64,000 nucleotides of DNA from Octopus vulgaris (taxonomy: Eukaryota): assembly GCA_951406725.2 (NCBI GenBank), contig OX597832.1, forward strand, positions 26,474,001 to 26,538,000, given 5' to 3'. Below, piece after piece: positions 52,401-64,000 of the stretch. The first letter of the stretch is position 1; every line of letters begins with the position of its first letter. The position numbers and the translations under genes are program-made. The notes under the pieces are model-generated. The model was not told the DNA's origin. It did no database searches and was given only the letters and a program-made list of their open reading frames with translations.

Positions 52401-55400
52401 GGAAAGGGGCCATCTCCTGGTCCCTAGTCATTTCCTCAATGAGACACAGAATCTGAAGATCCTTTCTCACCACTTCGTCCCATGTCTTCCACGATCTACC
52501 CCTTCCACAGGTACCCTCAGCACTTCTTTATGCAGCTGTCCTCCAACTATCACCATAAATGTCGTTATCATCAAAGTGGGATTGAACTTGAGACTCCATG
52601 ATTGCAAACCAAACTTCTTAACAACTCAATTAAAAACAAAAAACAAAACTAATGATAAAAATAAAACAAAACAATAAAACAAAACAAAGGATAAAATTAA
52701 TTAGCATCCAAAAACAAACAACCAATATATAAAAAAATGTATAAAATATAAAATAAATATCGAATAAATTTGCATATTTACCGTTGATGTTGTATTTCAT
52801 TCTCTTAAGAATTGGTTTCTTTTGTTCTTTCTTCTTGTTTAGTTTCTTCAGGAAGAATTCTCCTGCCCCAGCATCCACAAAAGTGCTGCTGATTGATTTG
52901 TCTTTGATTGCCCAAATCACTGAACACCCTTCAATCTCGTATCTAGAAAAATCAATAGACAATCGCTCACAGATTAATTAATAAGTCTAATAAAGAGGTG
53001 GAAGAAGATACTTAATTGCAAACCAAAAGGGAAAATAAATGAGATTAATTGCAAATATGTATTGTTGCTGTTGTTGGTATTATTATTGTTGTTATTGTTG
53101 TTGTTGTTGTTGTTATTGTTATTATTATTATTATTATTATCATTATTATTATTTCTATAGAAATACAAAATTATTATTATTATTATAATAATAAGGCTGC
53201 GAGCTGGACGAAGTGATTCGTGGTATTTTTCCCCATCACTACATTCTGAGTTCAAATTTCACCAGGGTTGGCTTTGCCTTTCATCCTTTTAGGGTCAATA
53301 AATTAATTACCAGTGAAATACTGGGGTTGATGTAATTGACTAGTACCCTCCCCCAAAATTTTAGGCTTGTGCCTTCAGTAGAAAGGATTATTATTATTAT
53401 TGCTATTATTATTATTATTATTATTATTACTATTATTATTATTATTATTATTATCTGTAGTATTTATTTATATTATTTAGGCCACCTTCAAAGAGGTGAG
53501 CTGGTAGAATTGTTTGAGCAATAGGAAAAGGGTTCAAATACCATCAAGATGAACTTTGTCTTTTGTCCTTTGAGGGCTCAATAAAACAAAGTACCAGTGA
53601 AGTACTGGGGTCGATGGTATCAACTAACCCCTCCCCTCAAAATTGCTGGCCTTGTACCTAAATCAGAAACCATTGTTTAAATTACTCCAATGGCATCTCT
53701 AACCATTTCAGGCCTCCAGACATCTTGAAAATCCCCAATAATTTTTGCAGGGCAATGTATTAGAACATACTCTGTAGTTGTATTTAACCTTCCCTTCTTT
53801 TGTCCCCTGCAGTAGGGATTTGCCCCACTATCTGCAGCATGGTTTATACACAGACTTACTACTAAAAGAACAGGGTTTTCAGTAGCAGCCTTCTCCATTT
53901 TTAGGGCTTTACACTGTTGTTTAAGGTCTGTAGGGCTCTCTAGCATGAAGACTCCTGCCACCCAATCAAATGGTCAGATGTGGTAACTGTGAACCTTGTG
54001 GCCCCAAGCTAAAATTTAGTGCATATCAGAGCAGCAGTAGGCCCAAGGTAGAATGCATACAGCCCATCAGTCTATGAACATACCCTGGCATCACTCAACC
54101 ATTGTCCCAGCTTTGAGCAAAGAGCAAAGTACAAATGGAGTACGGCTATAAATGGTTACCCTTCTATGAAAGGTCATTCTAAACAAAAACCATGTTCAGA
54201 ATGAACAGCTCAGAACTGGTTCCCTTTCACATGTCACCTGAAGGTCTTGGAGTAAAAAGTGCATAAGAACTTATACCAAAAATGGTTAAAGTAATTACAA
54301 TATTAATAATGGTTTCAAAGTTTGGTGCAAGGTCAACCTTTTTTGGGGAGGGAGTAAGTTGGTTACAGTGACCCCAGAGTTCAACTGGTACTTATTTTAT
54401 TGACCCCCAAAAGAACGAAAAGAAATAAGGAATTCTATAATTACTTACACCAGTTCTGTAGCGATTCCACCGTTTCCAATAATTATGACCCTCCTGGCTG
54501 AAGAAAGCTTTTCTTGGAAAGTCTGAGACAAAACAAAAAACAAAAAAAAATGGTCAGATAGAATGAAAAAGACAATACGAGAGACTTGTAATTATAGAAC
54601 TTATGTTGTGTTTCTTTTTTGTGTGTGTGTGTATCTCTATAGTAGTGGTCCTCCACCATTTTTTCTCTATGAACCCCTTTGATTTCTAAGGCTTTCAGAG
54701 TTCCCCCCACACACTCAGAGTGAGGGGAACCTTCATAAGCATATGATGTCTAAAGACTCTTATTATATTTTTATGATTTGCATGACTGGCATCCGTGCTA
54801 GTGGAGCGCAAAGAGCACCATCTGAGCGTGATCGTCGCCAGGGCCACTGACTGGCTCCCGTTCAAGTGGCACATAAAAAGCACCATTCAAGTGTGATCAT
54901 TACCAGTGTCGCCTTACTGGCACTTGTGCCGGTGGCACATGAAAAACAACATTCAAGCGAGGTCATTGCCAGTGCTGCTGGACTGGCTCCTGTGCAGGTG
55001 GCACATAAAAAGCACCATTTGAGCATGGCCGTTGCCAGTACCGCTTGACTGGCCCTCGTGCCGGTGGCACATAAAAAGCACCATTCGAGCATGATCGTTA
55101 CAACGTTGCCTTACTGATACGTGAAAAACAACATTCGAGCAAGGTCGTTGCCAGTGCCGTTGGACCGGCTCCTGTGCAGGTGGCACATAAAAAACACCAT
55201 TTAAACGTGGATGTTGCCAGTACCACCTGACTGGCCCTCGTGCCGGTGGCACGTAAAAGCACCCACTACACTCTCGGAGTGGTTGGCGTTAGGAAGGGCA
55301 TCCAGCTGTAGAAACTCTGCCAGATCAACATTGGAGCCTGGTGCTGCCATCTGGTTCATCAGCTCTCAGTCAAATCATCCAACCCATGCTAGCATGGAAA

Positions 55401-58400
55401 GCGGACGTTAAACGATGATGATGATGATACACTTGACAGAATAACCTGAATGCTGAAAGGTTAAAACTTGTTTTTATTTTACTCACTTGAACACTTTCCG
55501 TATCTCTGATGCCAAGAACATAAGGACTGTCTGCAATTACCTACAGAAAACAGATACAGAAAAATGAATATTGATTTAGTTGCAAAGATCACGAAGTAGG
55601 GCTGCTCCTACACATGAGGTAAGTGTGGGTGGGGGTAAAATTGGGGGCCAAACAAATGACTCAAGTAAAAAAATTTTTAATCTGTTAATTACAAGAAAAC
55701 TTGACTCAACACTCTTGACTACACTCAATCTCCACTCAATATTGGCCACAAGTAAACTCCACTCAACACTCTGACCACACCCAGCCTCTACTCAACACTA
55801 ACTGTGCCAAATTTCAACATTCTGATGATGCCTAAACTCCATTCAACAGTCTCCTCCTCCTCCTCATCATGTTTGTTTTCCATGCTGGGATGGGTTAGAC
55901 AGTTTCACTGAGACTGGTAAGCCAGAGAGCTGTGCCAGGCCCCAGCCATCTGTTTTGGTTTGGCTTTTATAGCTGGTTGCCCTTCCTAATACCAACCACT
56001 TTACAATTAAATGATGATGATGATGATTTTGAAAGTATTTTCTATTTTTTTTATATCTTATTTTGCAACCTATAAATTCATTGGTTACATATCACTGGAA
56101 TGAGAACCTTTTACATATCACCATCATCAGCAATGACCACAATTCACTTAGCTTCACATATCTTCTCAACATTCATCACCCTCATTTAATACCCGTTGTT
56201 CATGTTGGCATGGGTTGGATGGCGCTGCACCAAACTCCAGTCTGATTTGGCATGGTTTCTATGACTGGATGTCCTTCCTAATGCCAACCACTCTGAGAAT
56301 GTAATGGGTGCTTTTACATGCCACCAGCATGGGTGCCAGTTGCGTGGCACCGGCATCGACCACATTGCCCCTGTGAAGCCTAACGCTCAAATGGTGCTTT
56401 CATGTGCCACATTCTTTACATGCACACATTCATTACTCAGCAAGCAGGTAACATACTTGTCTCCAGGTATCCATCAACCCAAACACATTAACAAAACATG
56501 AATCACTCAGGCGTGGTCTCTTCCCTGCTGCAACACAACCTTCAGTAACCCAAACATTGGCAACATAAAAATGAAATGGTGACTCACCTTTGGTTTACCA
56601 CCTGTACAAATACACAGTTTCTCATATGAAATCTCACTTCCATCAGCAGTTTTAATGTTCTAAATAAATATGAAAAAAAAGGGTATTTATATGAATATTT
56701 TGTTTAAATGATCTGAAATCAAATGGTTCAATATGAACTTCTAAACAGTACAGCTATTCCTATGCATCTAAGTTTTATATTTAATACTTAATAACTTGCT
56801 TACCAAAATAACACATGCACACATCAACAGATGCTTGCGTAGTATACTTAAATTTAGATGGCCCGAACACATAAGCAATATGGAGCAATGGCAAAGAACA
56901 AATCAAGTTTCGATTAGGGAGCAAATATTTAAGGAAAAGTGGAAGTGGATTGGTGGAAGCACAATTAGAAAAGACACACCAAACATAGCGAAAAGTGCTT
57001 TACAGAGGAAACCGGTTGGATATGGAAGGAGAGGTAGGCCTAAGAACTTGTGGCGGAGATCAACACAGAAAGAACTAGAGAAAGAGGGATGTTCATGGCA
57101 GAGTATAAGTACAGAAGCGAAAAATTTTGCGACATGGAATTCAACTATAAGTGGCCTGTACTCTGCGTTGGAGGGTTAAAGGCATAAAAAAAAAACACAT
57201 GTATGTGCACACACACACACAAAAGCACATATACATATATATACTTTTATACATCGTCAACATTTGAATCCATGCAAAAATATTTCAAAACTGTAATTTT
57301 TTAAAATTAAGATAAAAATGATAATGATTTCAAATTTTGGCACAAGGCCAGCAATTTCGAGGAAGCGGGTAAGTCAAATACATTGACCGCAATGTGCTCA
57401 GCTGGTACTTATAATCCTTTCTATTATAGGCACAAGGGCTGAAATCTTTTTTTTTGGGGCGGGGGGTCTAGTCGATTACATCAACCCCAATGTTCAACTG
57501 GTACTTATTTTATTAACCCCAAAAAGATGGAAGGCAAAGTCAACCTCGACAGAATTTGAACTCAGAATGTAAAGATGGGATGAAATACTGCTAAGCATTT
57601 TGCCAGTGGTGCTACCAATTCTGCCAGCTCACCGCCTTCTTAATAATAATAATAATAATAATAATAATTGCTTCTAATGTAAGCACAGAGCCTGAAATTT
57701 GGAGGAAGGTGTTATTTAGTACCCTCAACCCCAGTATCACTGGCACTTCAAGCAGGCTGATTTTTGGTTTTTTGTAAGGACACCAAAATTTAGCTCACTT
57801 GGGGCACCAACAAACCTAGGACTGATCCTGTTCTCAGTTGCTACATGAAAAGCATTGTTTAATTACCAGGATCATGGGGGAATTTGAAAATATGAAAATA
57901 TATTTTTAAAAATACATTCATAACATGTTAAGCTTGCTGTTGTAATATAATATAATATATAATATAATGAAATTATTGTATACAGTGCTCAGGTGCGCTA
58001 CAACTTGTCAAAAGTGCATATAAAGCATATGCAGTAATGTACAAATGTCTGGGAAGTGAACAGTGTATGAGTCAGATACATGCTTGCGTGTGTATAAAGG
58101 GGAGAAAATCAGGTATAGTGTTGGCGAATCTCAGGAAGCATGGAAGTTTTGAAGGATGCAGTGCTCCGACAACTAACAACTGATGCCGGCAGTTTGTTCC
58201 ATGCTTCAGCAACTCTTAGTGTGAAAAAAATGTTTCCAAAAGTCATGGGAGCTGTGCTGTTTTCTGACTTTGTAAACATGTCCATGGGTGGAGTTAGACA
58301 GGTGGAGTTTGAAAAGGTGCTCAGAGTTATTGTTTGTAAGATGGTTAATAATTTTATGGGTGTCTGCCAAGTCAGTTTCCAGACAACGGAGTTTCAATGT

Positions 58401-59655
58401 AAAACTGTAAAGCCATACCTGTTCCACTGAATCCAAAGATACGACTTCTTTATGTAATATCACTATGTTCTTATTGACCGTTTCAATTTCAGCAAAAGAC
58501 TTCTCTTCTACATCAAAGACTTCTAGAGTCTTTGTAATCTGAAATGATAAACAAAATGGTATTAGTAACTTCTGGAAACATTTTTTTTATTTTCGCACTC
58601 ACTCTTGTCAAAACATGGAATAAACTGTCTACATTATTTGGTAGCTGTCGGAACCATTAGTGTAGCTAGAGTGTGTGCCGCCTGGGGTGGCCCTTCCATT
58701 TACCACCCTGGACCCCACAAAAAACACATATTGCCTACAGCAGACCCAAAAGTGCTACCCATTTTAAAAGTGCCGCCTGGGGCACCTACTTCCCCCCTCC
58801 CTAGCTACACTAGTGGTCAGAACACTGAATTCTTCAAAAATTTCATGTTTCGTGAAATTCACCAATGCTACTCCTGACAACTTTGGCCACCCTTTTCAAT
58901 TCTTTCACTCGCAGACAAGCCAAACCTCATGAGAAAACAAACTAATGCAATACAACAATGAGAAGAGTTTGTACTCCACCACCAACAACAAAAAAAGGCA
59001 AAAAAACCCCAAAAATAAGAACACACAGTGCACGGATGTGTAGCAGATGATGCTGTAGAAATTTGTCTGAAGCTATCAAACGTCAAATAATAATAATAAT
59101 AATAATTATAATAATAATAATAATATTAATAACAATAACAATTATTACATATTTAATCTGATTTAGGCAGAAAGCTGGTCATTTTTGATGGGGGAGGGGT
59201 TAGTCATTAGCATTGACCCCAGTATTTGACTGGTACTATATTTTATTGCTCCCAAAAGGATGCAAGGTAAAGTTGACCCTAGTGGGATTTGAACCCAGAA
59301 CGAAAAATGCAAGAGCAAATTCTGCAAAGCGTTTATTCCAGTGATGCTAATGATTCTGCCAGCATACCACTCTTAATGATACTAATACTACTACTACTAC
59401 TAATAATAATAATAATAATAATAATTCAGGGACCTTTTGAGTGGGATGGGCTACTCGACCAGAAGAAAATTCTAACTGGGCCTCACCTGCAAGGTAATGC
59501 ACTGTTTATCTTAATATGAGATCATCATGTCACGCACATATGGTTATGATGCATGTGCCTAGTGTACCCTTATCAGACGGGTAGTCATGATGGGTATATT
59601 GGGCTTCGTATATTTTACCCGTGTCAATTTGATGGCATGCACTACTCTCTTACTC

Positions 59656-59688
<33 letters not shown>

Positions 59689-62600
59689 TCTTACTAATTT
59701 TGGAACAAGGCCATCTATTAGGAGAGGAGGGAACAAGTTGGTTACATCAACCTCATTATCTAACTGGTATTTTATTTTATCGACCGCTCCAAAGAATGAA
59801 AGACAAAGTTGGCATTGGCAGCATTTGAACTCAGTACGTAAAGAGTTGGAAGAAATGCCAATGGGCTGGACTTCCAACTTTTTAAAGTTGTCCAACACAG
59901 AAGCAAAAAAAGAAGAATTATAGAAGGCCAACACTATTTGGTTATTTCATTAATAAAGGGGGAAGGAGCTAAAAAAAAGTTACTGGTATTTTTTGAAAGT
60001 GTTTGTTGTGGTGGTGGGGCTGGAACCTGTTAATTTTGAAAACCAGTTTGTTAACGAATGGTACCTGTTCGAAGTTATGAGGACGGTACTGACAAGAGTT
60101 ATCTATCTTGGTTTTGAGCACTGCTTCATATCAACAAGATACGAAAGAATTAACTCTTTTTAAAGTAGTGAAACCAACATTTTGTCGGCTCATTTAGGAA
60201 TGACAATAAAAACGAAACATTTAGCAACATTTTAGAAGAATAAATCAAATATAAAATATATTTGCTGTCATGATGACGAAAAATAGTATTGACTTACCTG
60301 ATTGAAATTTGTAACAGCTTTCACCAGACTCGATGCAGACAAAAGAATAATGGTTTCTTCTGGACATAACCATGAAAGCTGGAAGTAAAAAATTCCATAA
60401 ACTGTTTAGAGTTGGATGTGTACGTGTTCTTTGTGAGAACAAAAAAATTTCAGCTTTATTTCACGAGGAACAACCGCTCAAATTATTTGACAAGGAAGAG
60501 TCTGTACTATCACCCAACCTGCTAGAAATAGCAGACACATCTCAAAATCATACTTTACAATCATTGAAAAATGAAGGGCATCTTATTGAACCTTTTTGGT
60601 AGCAATCTGTCTGAGGGTGTGTTTCATTCTATGAGTCTATGAGGCAAACTTCTTGCTTTGACCCTTTAGCATTCAAATTATTGTCAAAAGTAATGCTTAT
60701 TGATTCACATGGTTTTGAATTAATTCTTGGTGACTGAGTATTCCACAGACACAACATCATCATAGTTTAACAACTGTTTTCTATGCTAGCATGGGTTGGA
60801 CGGTTCAACCGGGGTCAGGGAAGCCAGTAGGCTGCACGAGGCCTTAAATTTGTGGGAAGTGGTTAAGTCAATTACATCAACCCCAGTACGCAAATGGTAC
60901 TTAATTTATCGAGCCTGAAAGGATGAAAGCAAAGTTGACCATGGCAGAATTTGAACTCAGAATATAAAGACAGATGAAATACTGCTAAGCATCTCACCCG
61001 GCATGCTAACAATTCTGCCAGCTTGCCACCTTAATTATTGTGTACAGGGCTCAGGTACACTAGGACTTATCAAAGATGCATGTATATGCATGCATGCAAG
61101 AATGCATGAGTGTGTGTATGTATGCGTGTGTGTATGTTTGTGTGTATCTATGTACGTATGTGTGTGTAAGTTTGTCGCCACCATTGCTTGACAACCAGTG
61201 TTGGTTTGTTTACATCCATGTAACTTAGCAGTTTGGCTAGAATAACAGACCACTAGAATATGTACCAAACTTGAAAATAAGGACCGGGATCGATTTCTTT
61301 GACAAACCCCCTAAAAGGCTGTGTGCCCCAATCCAATGATGGAAACAAATGTTAAAGAAAAATTAAGAAAATAAAGAACTGTCCATAGTTCTTTATTCTC
61401 CTGACTGAGGTCATCCATCTCTACCATTTCTGAGTCAAAGATGGTTTGTTCAGGAGGATGGTCACCTGCCAACTGCAAAATCAATTAGTCTTGTATGTAT
61501 CCAGTCAATGGTACTCTGTTATGTCAATGACCGAGACAGCGCTTGCTAGCACACTTTGTGTACCAGGATGGTAATAATTATATACTGTATAATTAAATAT
61601 AATTTTCTTAATTTGCAGTTGAAGGTTGGTTTAGACTGTACAAAACACTTCCAATGCTTGCTGTGGGTTAGAATAAAAAGTAATGCTTTTGAAACAATCT
61701 AGGTGAGGAATTAGAACACAAATTTAAAACCCAAAAATAACAGACTAAATACAAGCTAATGAAGGGGGGCCTCTGTGTAGTTAATTAGCTTGCTAAATAT
61801 AGCAGTCAAGTCTGACCTAAAAATCACACCCTGCTGCCTTCAAACAGGAAAATAAAACACATTGAATGATGTAATCCAAGATACAGCATTCCTAAAAATT
61901 TATGGGATGGCGATAGTTGTCACCTATGATCATAGGTGTGTTCAGTTAAGGCCGACCTGGGGCTAAAAACAGTATCTGGCAAAAGATGATGCATTGATGT
62001 AGTTGTTTTCATTAATTCTGTCATTATCCTGTCCTTGAGGAGACCTATTGAGTCAAGTACATCAACATCAAAATCAATCATCATCATCATTGTTCGACCA
62101 TGGTCGAGACAATGGAATTTACCATGCTACGCCAGACTTCACGGTCCATAGCATTACGGAGGTCCTGTTTCTGGATGCCTGTATCCCTGGAGATTACATC
62201 AGGGTAGGAGAGTGTGTGCCCTCTGGTATCGCGAGCAGATAGCTTCCAGAGGAGAAGAGTAGAAATTACCTCTTTTTCAGCTCTACAACAATGTCCAGCA
62301 AACTGGACTCTCCTACCTTTCACAGGAGATGACACAGGTGGTAGTTTCCCATATATTTGCATTTTGGTTGGAAATTGTAGTTGTGATAAATAACAGCAAT
62401 GAAGCTGTTTGAGTGAATTCTGGATCAAAGACTCAGAAAAATATTACTAGAATTTACCAAAATAGAATAAGTTTGTCATTTCAGGCTGGGTTTTTATTTG
62501 GGGCCATCAGAAATGGTCACCAAATGGTGTGTGTGTGTGTGTAGGTGTGAGTGATGAAGTGGGGTGGAGGAGAACGAATTTATTGTTGTTGCTATTGTCG

Positions 62601-63514
62601 TATAAAAGGGACCAAGAGATGGTAACTAGGGGTCACCCCCAGTGTGTTCTTCCATAGAAGTCCCAAAGCTGCTTCACAAACAGGAACCCCAGGAAGTGAT
62701 TTGTGATTCGGAGCTGACCCTTTCATTACGGTTAAAATAACATCATATTTCTTAAACTCTCAATACACATGAATTGTTTCTGTCAAATATAGACAAGAAA
62801 TCAAAACAGTCTGAGCTGCTCGCCGTGTTTAGTTGTGGATGCTCTTGTTTAACCCCAAATTACCAATTGTCCAGCTGATCTCAGACCCAAGACGGTCGAT
62901 ATTTGATTATCTTCTTTTTTTATGTAAATCCTGGACTACACTGTCCGATGTATCTTTGTGTGTGTAAGACGGCGAGGCGTTATTAGAGATAGATTTAGCT
63001 GGTATTTCTAGCAGGTATCGCGACCACTTCCTCGCCGGCTAGTTGACAGTCATTCAAACTGATGTGGAATGTCGTTCCAGCGGACACTGACCTTATTCCT
63101 TTACCGTCTTTGTGTGTGTGAGAGAGACGGCGAGGTGTTATTATAGATTTGGCTGGTATTTCTAGCAGGCAGCGCGACCACTTCCTCGCCGACTCGTTGA
63201 CAGTTAATTAAACTGATATGGAATGTCGTTCCAGCGGACACTGACCTTTATTCCTTTACCATAAAATACACTCTATTACCAATATTCCAATTACTAAGAT
63301 AATAAACTAAATCGAATTGTCTGATACTAATAAAGGAAGTTACACTAATTATAAGTATTTAATACGACAAGTACTTAAACGTTGTTTTATTTCTAACTTT
63401 ACGAAGCTTCAAATGATCACACATAGAATTATATATTAGTGTTACCGTCTCAGCACAGGTCACACCAGCAATGCCTCCACCGATTATAACATATTTCGCT
63501 TTTGAGACATTCAT
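45991..63514 (-). CDS. PYROXD1: Pyridine nucleotide-disulphide oxidoreductase domain-containing protein 1, 14 coding exons, 488 aa
   Basis: Exons: 63446-63514, 60298-60378, 58419-58538, 56588-56659, 55487-55540, 54449-54522, 52782-52942, 51536-51621, 50716-50842, 49529-49641, 48371-48493, 47146-47283, 46766-46838, 45991-46166. All GT-AG, phases consistent, total 1467 nt. Motifs [58 protein letters not shown] and C-terminal DVDDFFD match PYROXD1. Confidence 0.96.
46766..46838 (-). CDS. PYROXD1: PYROXD1 exon 13
   Basis: [24 protein letters not shown]; ctccag / gtaggt. Confidence 0.92.
46942..47137. repeat. (GAA)/(GAG) polypurine tract, PYROXD1 intron 12
   Basis: Directly visible trinucleotide runs. 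Confidence 0.9.
47146..47283 (-). CDS. PYROXD1: PYROXD1 exon 12
   Basis: [18 protein letters not shown]...[17 protein letters not shown]; tattag / gtaaat. Confidence 0.94.
48371..48493 (-). CDS. PYROXD1: PYROXD1 exon 11
   Basis: [41 protein letters not shown]; ttttag / gtaagt. Confidence 0.94.
49529..49641 (-). CDS. PYROXD1: PYROXD1 exon 10
   Basis: [37 protein letters not shown]; tttcag / gtaagt. Confidence 0.94.
50716..50842 (-). CDS. PYROXD1: PYROXD1 exon 9
   Basis: [22 protein letters not shown]...SATT; ttacag / gtatgg. Confidence 0.9.
51536..51621 (-). CDS. PYROXD1: PYROXD1 exon 8
   Basis: [28 protein letters not shown]; tttcag / gtaagt. Confidence 0.92.
52782..52942 (-). CDS. PYROXD1: PYROXD1 exon 7
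   Basis: [30 protein letters not shown]...KRMKYNIN; ttctag / gtaaat. Confidence 0.93.
54449..54522 (-). CDS. PYROXD1: PYROXD1 exon 6
   Basis: [28 protein letters not shown](P)H-binding motif; tctcag / gtaagt. Confidence 0.93.
54785..55428 (+). mobile_element. Retroposon family with (GAT)n tail and internal tandem GGTGGCACRTAAAAAGCACC units (representative copy)
   Basis: Conserved GGAAGGGCATCCAGCTGTAGAAA ... CCAACCCATGCTAGCATGGAAAGCGGACGTTAAACGATGATG end. Other copies at ~916-1130, 3955-4240, 15805-16142, 19675-20205, 23828-24090, 25165-25528, 27740-28180, 41124-41982. Confidence 0.8.
55487..55540 (-). CDS. PYROXD1: PYROXD1 exon 5
   Basis: [18 protein letters not shown]; ctgtag / gtgagt. 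Confidence 0.92.
56588..56659 (-). CDS. PYROXD1: PYROXD1 exon 4
   Basis: [24 protein letters not shown]; atttag / gtgagt. Confidence 0.92.
56800..57195 (+). mobile_element. RTE-like LINE 3' end with A-rich tail
   Basis: [19 protein letters not shown]...WKWIG...[12 protein letters not shown] followed by an A-run. Confidence 0.75.
57965..58405 (-). mobile_element. CR1-like LINE 3' end in PYROXD1 intron 3
   Basis: [17 protein letters not shown]...[18 protein letters not shown] near-identical 3' end is at 45365-45770. Confidence 0.75.
58419..58538 (-). CDS. PYROXD1: PYROXD1 exon 3
   Basis: [40 protein letters not shown]; tttcag / gtatgg. Confidence 0.92.
60298..60378 (-). CDS. PYROXD1: PYROXD1 exon 2
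   Basis: [27 protein letters not shown]; ttccag acceptor, gtaagt donor. Confidence 0.93.
62085..62390 (-). mobile_element. Non-LTR (RTE-like) LINE 3' end with (GAT)n tail
   Basis: [10 protein letters not shown]...[23 protein letters not shown]...[11 protein letters not shown]. Confidence 0.7.
62956..63260. repeat. Tandem duplication of ~150 bp in PYROXD1 intron 1
   Basis: AGACGGCGAGG...CGCGACCACTTCCTCGCCG...GGAATGTCGTTCCAGCGGACACTGACCTT..TTCCTTTACC present twice. Confidence 0.85.
63446..63514 (-). CDS. PYROXD1: PYROXD1 exon 1
   Basis: [26 protein letters not shown]-binding GxGxxG motif; donor GTAACA. Confidence 0.9.
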
Positions 63515-64000
63515 CCTGGCTTGGAAACCAACCATCAGCTGTCGCAATAAGGGGACACAACTGCTATTGCCGGTGTAGAGGGAATTATAGTAAACCTTTC
63601 TTTTAAAGTCCTGTCGACGTAATTTTTAGAAGGCCGTAATATATATATATTTCTTTACTACCCACAAGGGGCTAAACACAGAGGGGACAAACAAGGACAG
63701 ACAAAGGGATTAAGTCGATTACATCGACCCCAGTGCGTAACTGGTGCTTTATTTATCGACCCCGAAAAGATGAAAGGCAAAGTCGACCTCGGCGGAATTT
63801 GAACTCAGAACGTAACGGCAGACGAAATACGGCTACACATTTCGTCCGGCGTGCTAACGTTTCTGCCGATATACTTGCATAGCAAGTGACCTGATCTGAG
63901 ATCGTGTGCTGGAACGAAAACAGTTGCAGCGTGGAAGGTGTTTATAAGCCATTTAAGAAACACACAACATTTAAATTTAATTTGTCAAAATATTTTCGTC

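Noticed and set aside
53677-54250. GC-balanced stretch with a 94-aa ORF in PYROXD1 intron 6
   Set aside because: Not needed for the PYROXD1 frame; C...EYVLIHCP resembles a decayed non-LTR retrotransposon C-terminal zinc knuckle rather than a gene.
59984-60026. Possible extra PYROXD1 micro-exon (aacag/GTTCCAGCC...ACCA/gtaact)
   Set aside because: 43 nt would shift the frame, there is no similarity to PYROXD1, and exons 2 and 3 already join correctly. A poison exon cannot be excluded without RNA data.
60268-60305. Box C/D-like TGATGA...CTGA with short terminal stem
   Set aside because: Only ~38 nt, antisense to the host gene and overlapping a splice donor; likely chance.

Overview
Eukaryotic, AT-rich, microsatellite- and SINE-saturated genomic DNA. 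The repeat landscape suggests a coleoid cephalopod, probably Octopus (inference). By hand-splicing I reconstructed three protein-coding genes, all on the minus strand. PYROXD1 has 14 exons (63514-45991, 488 aa). SARAF/TMEM66 has a single coding exon (40017-39115, 300 aa). Mitochondrial ribosomal protein MRPS15 has 7 exons (30418-20523, 291 aa) and one GC-AG intron. An intact tRNA-Gly(TCC) lies at 17127-17198. The rest is three or more tRNA-derived SINE families, CR1/RTE LINE fragments, a decayed Helitron Rep-helicase, two non-autonomous Helitrons, hAT/Tc1-mariner/MULE-like MITEs, a ~78-bp minisatellite and very long microsatellites. The most interesting signal is a family of small palindromic elements embedded in (TA)n tracts that carry minimal type-I hammerhead-ribozyme-like cores (Penelope-like/retrozyme architecture), plus further decayed hammerhead-like motifs. 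Most short ORFs in the supplied track are microsatellite or SINE artefacts. All homology calls are from recognition of motifs, not database searches.
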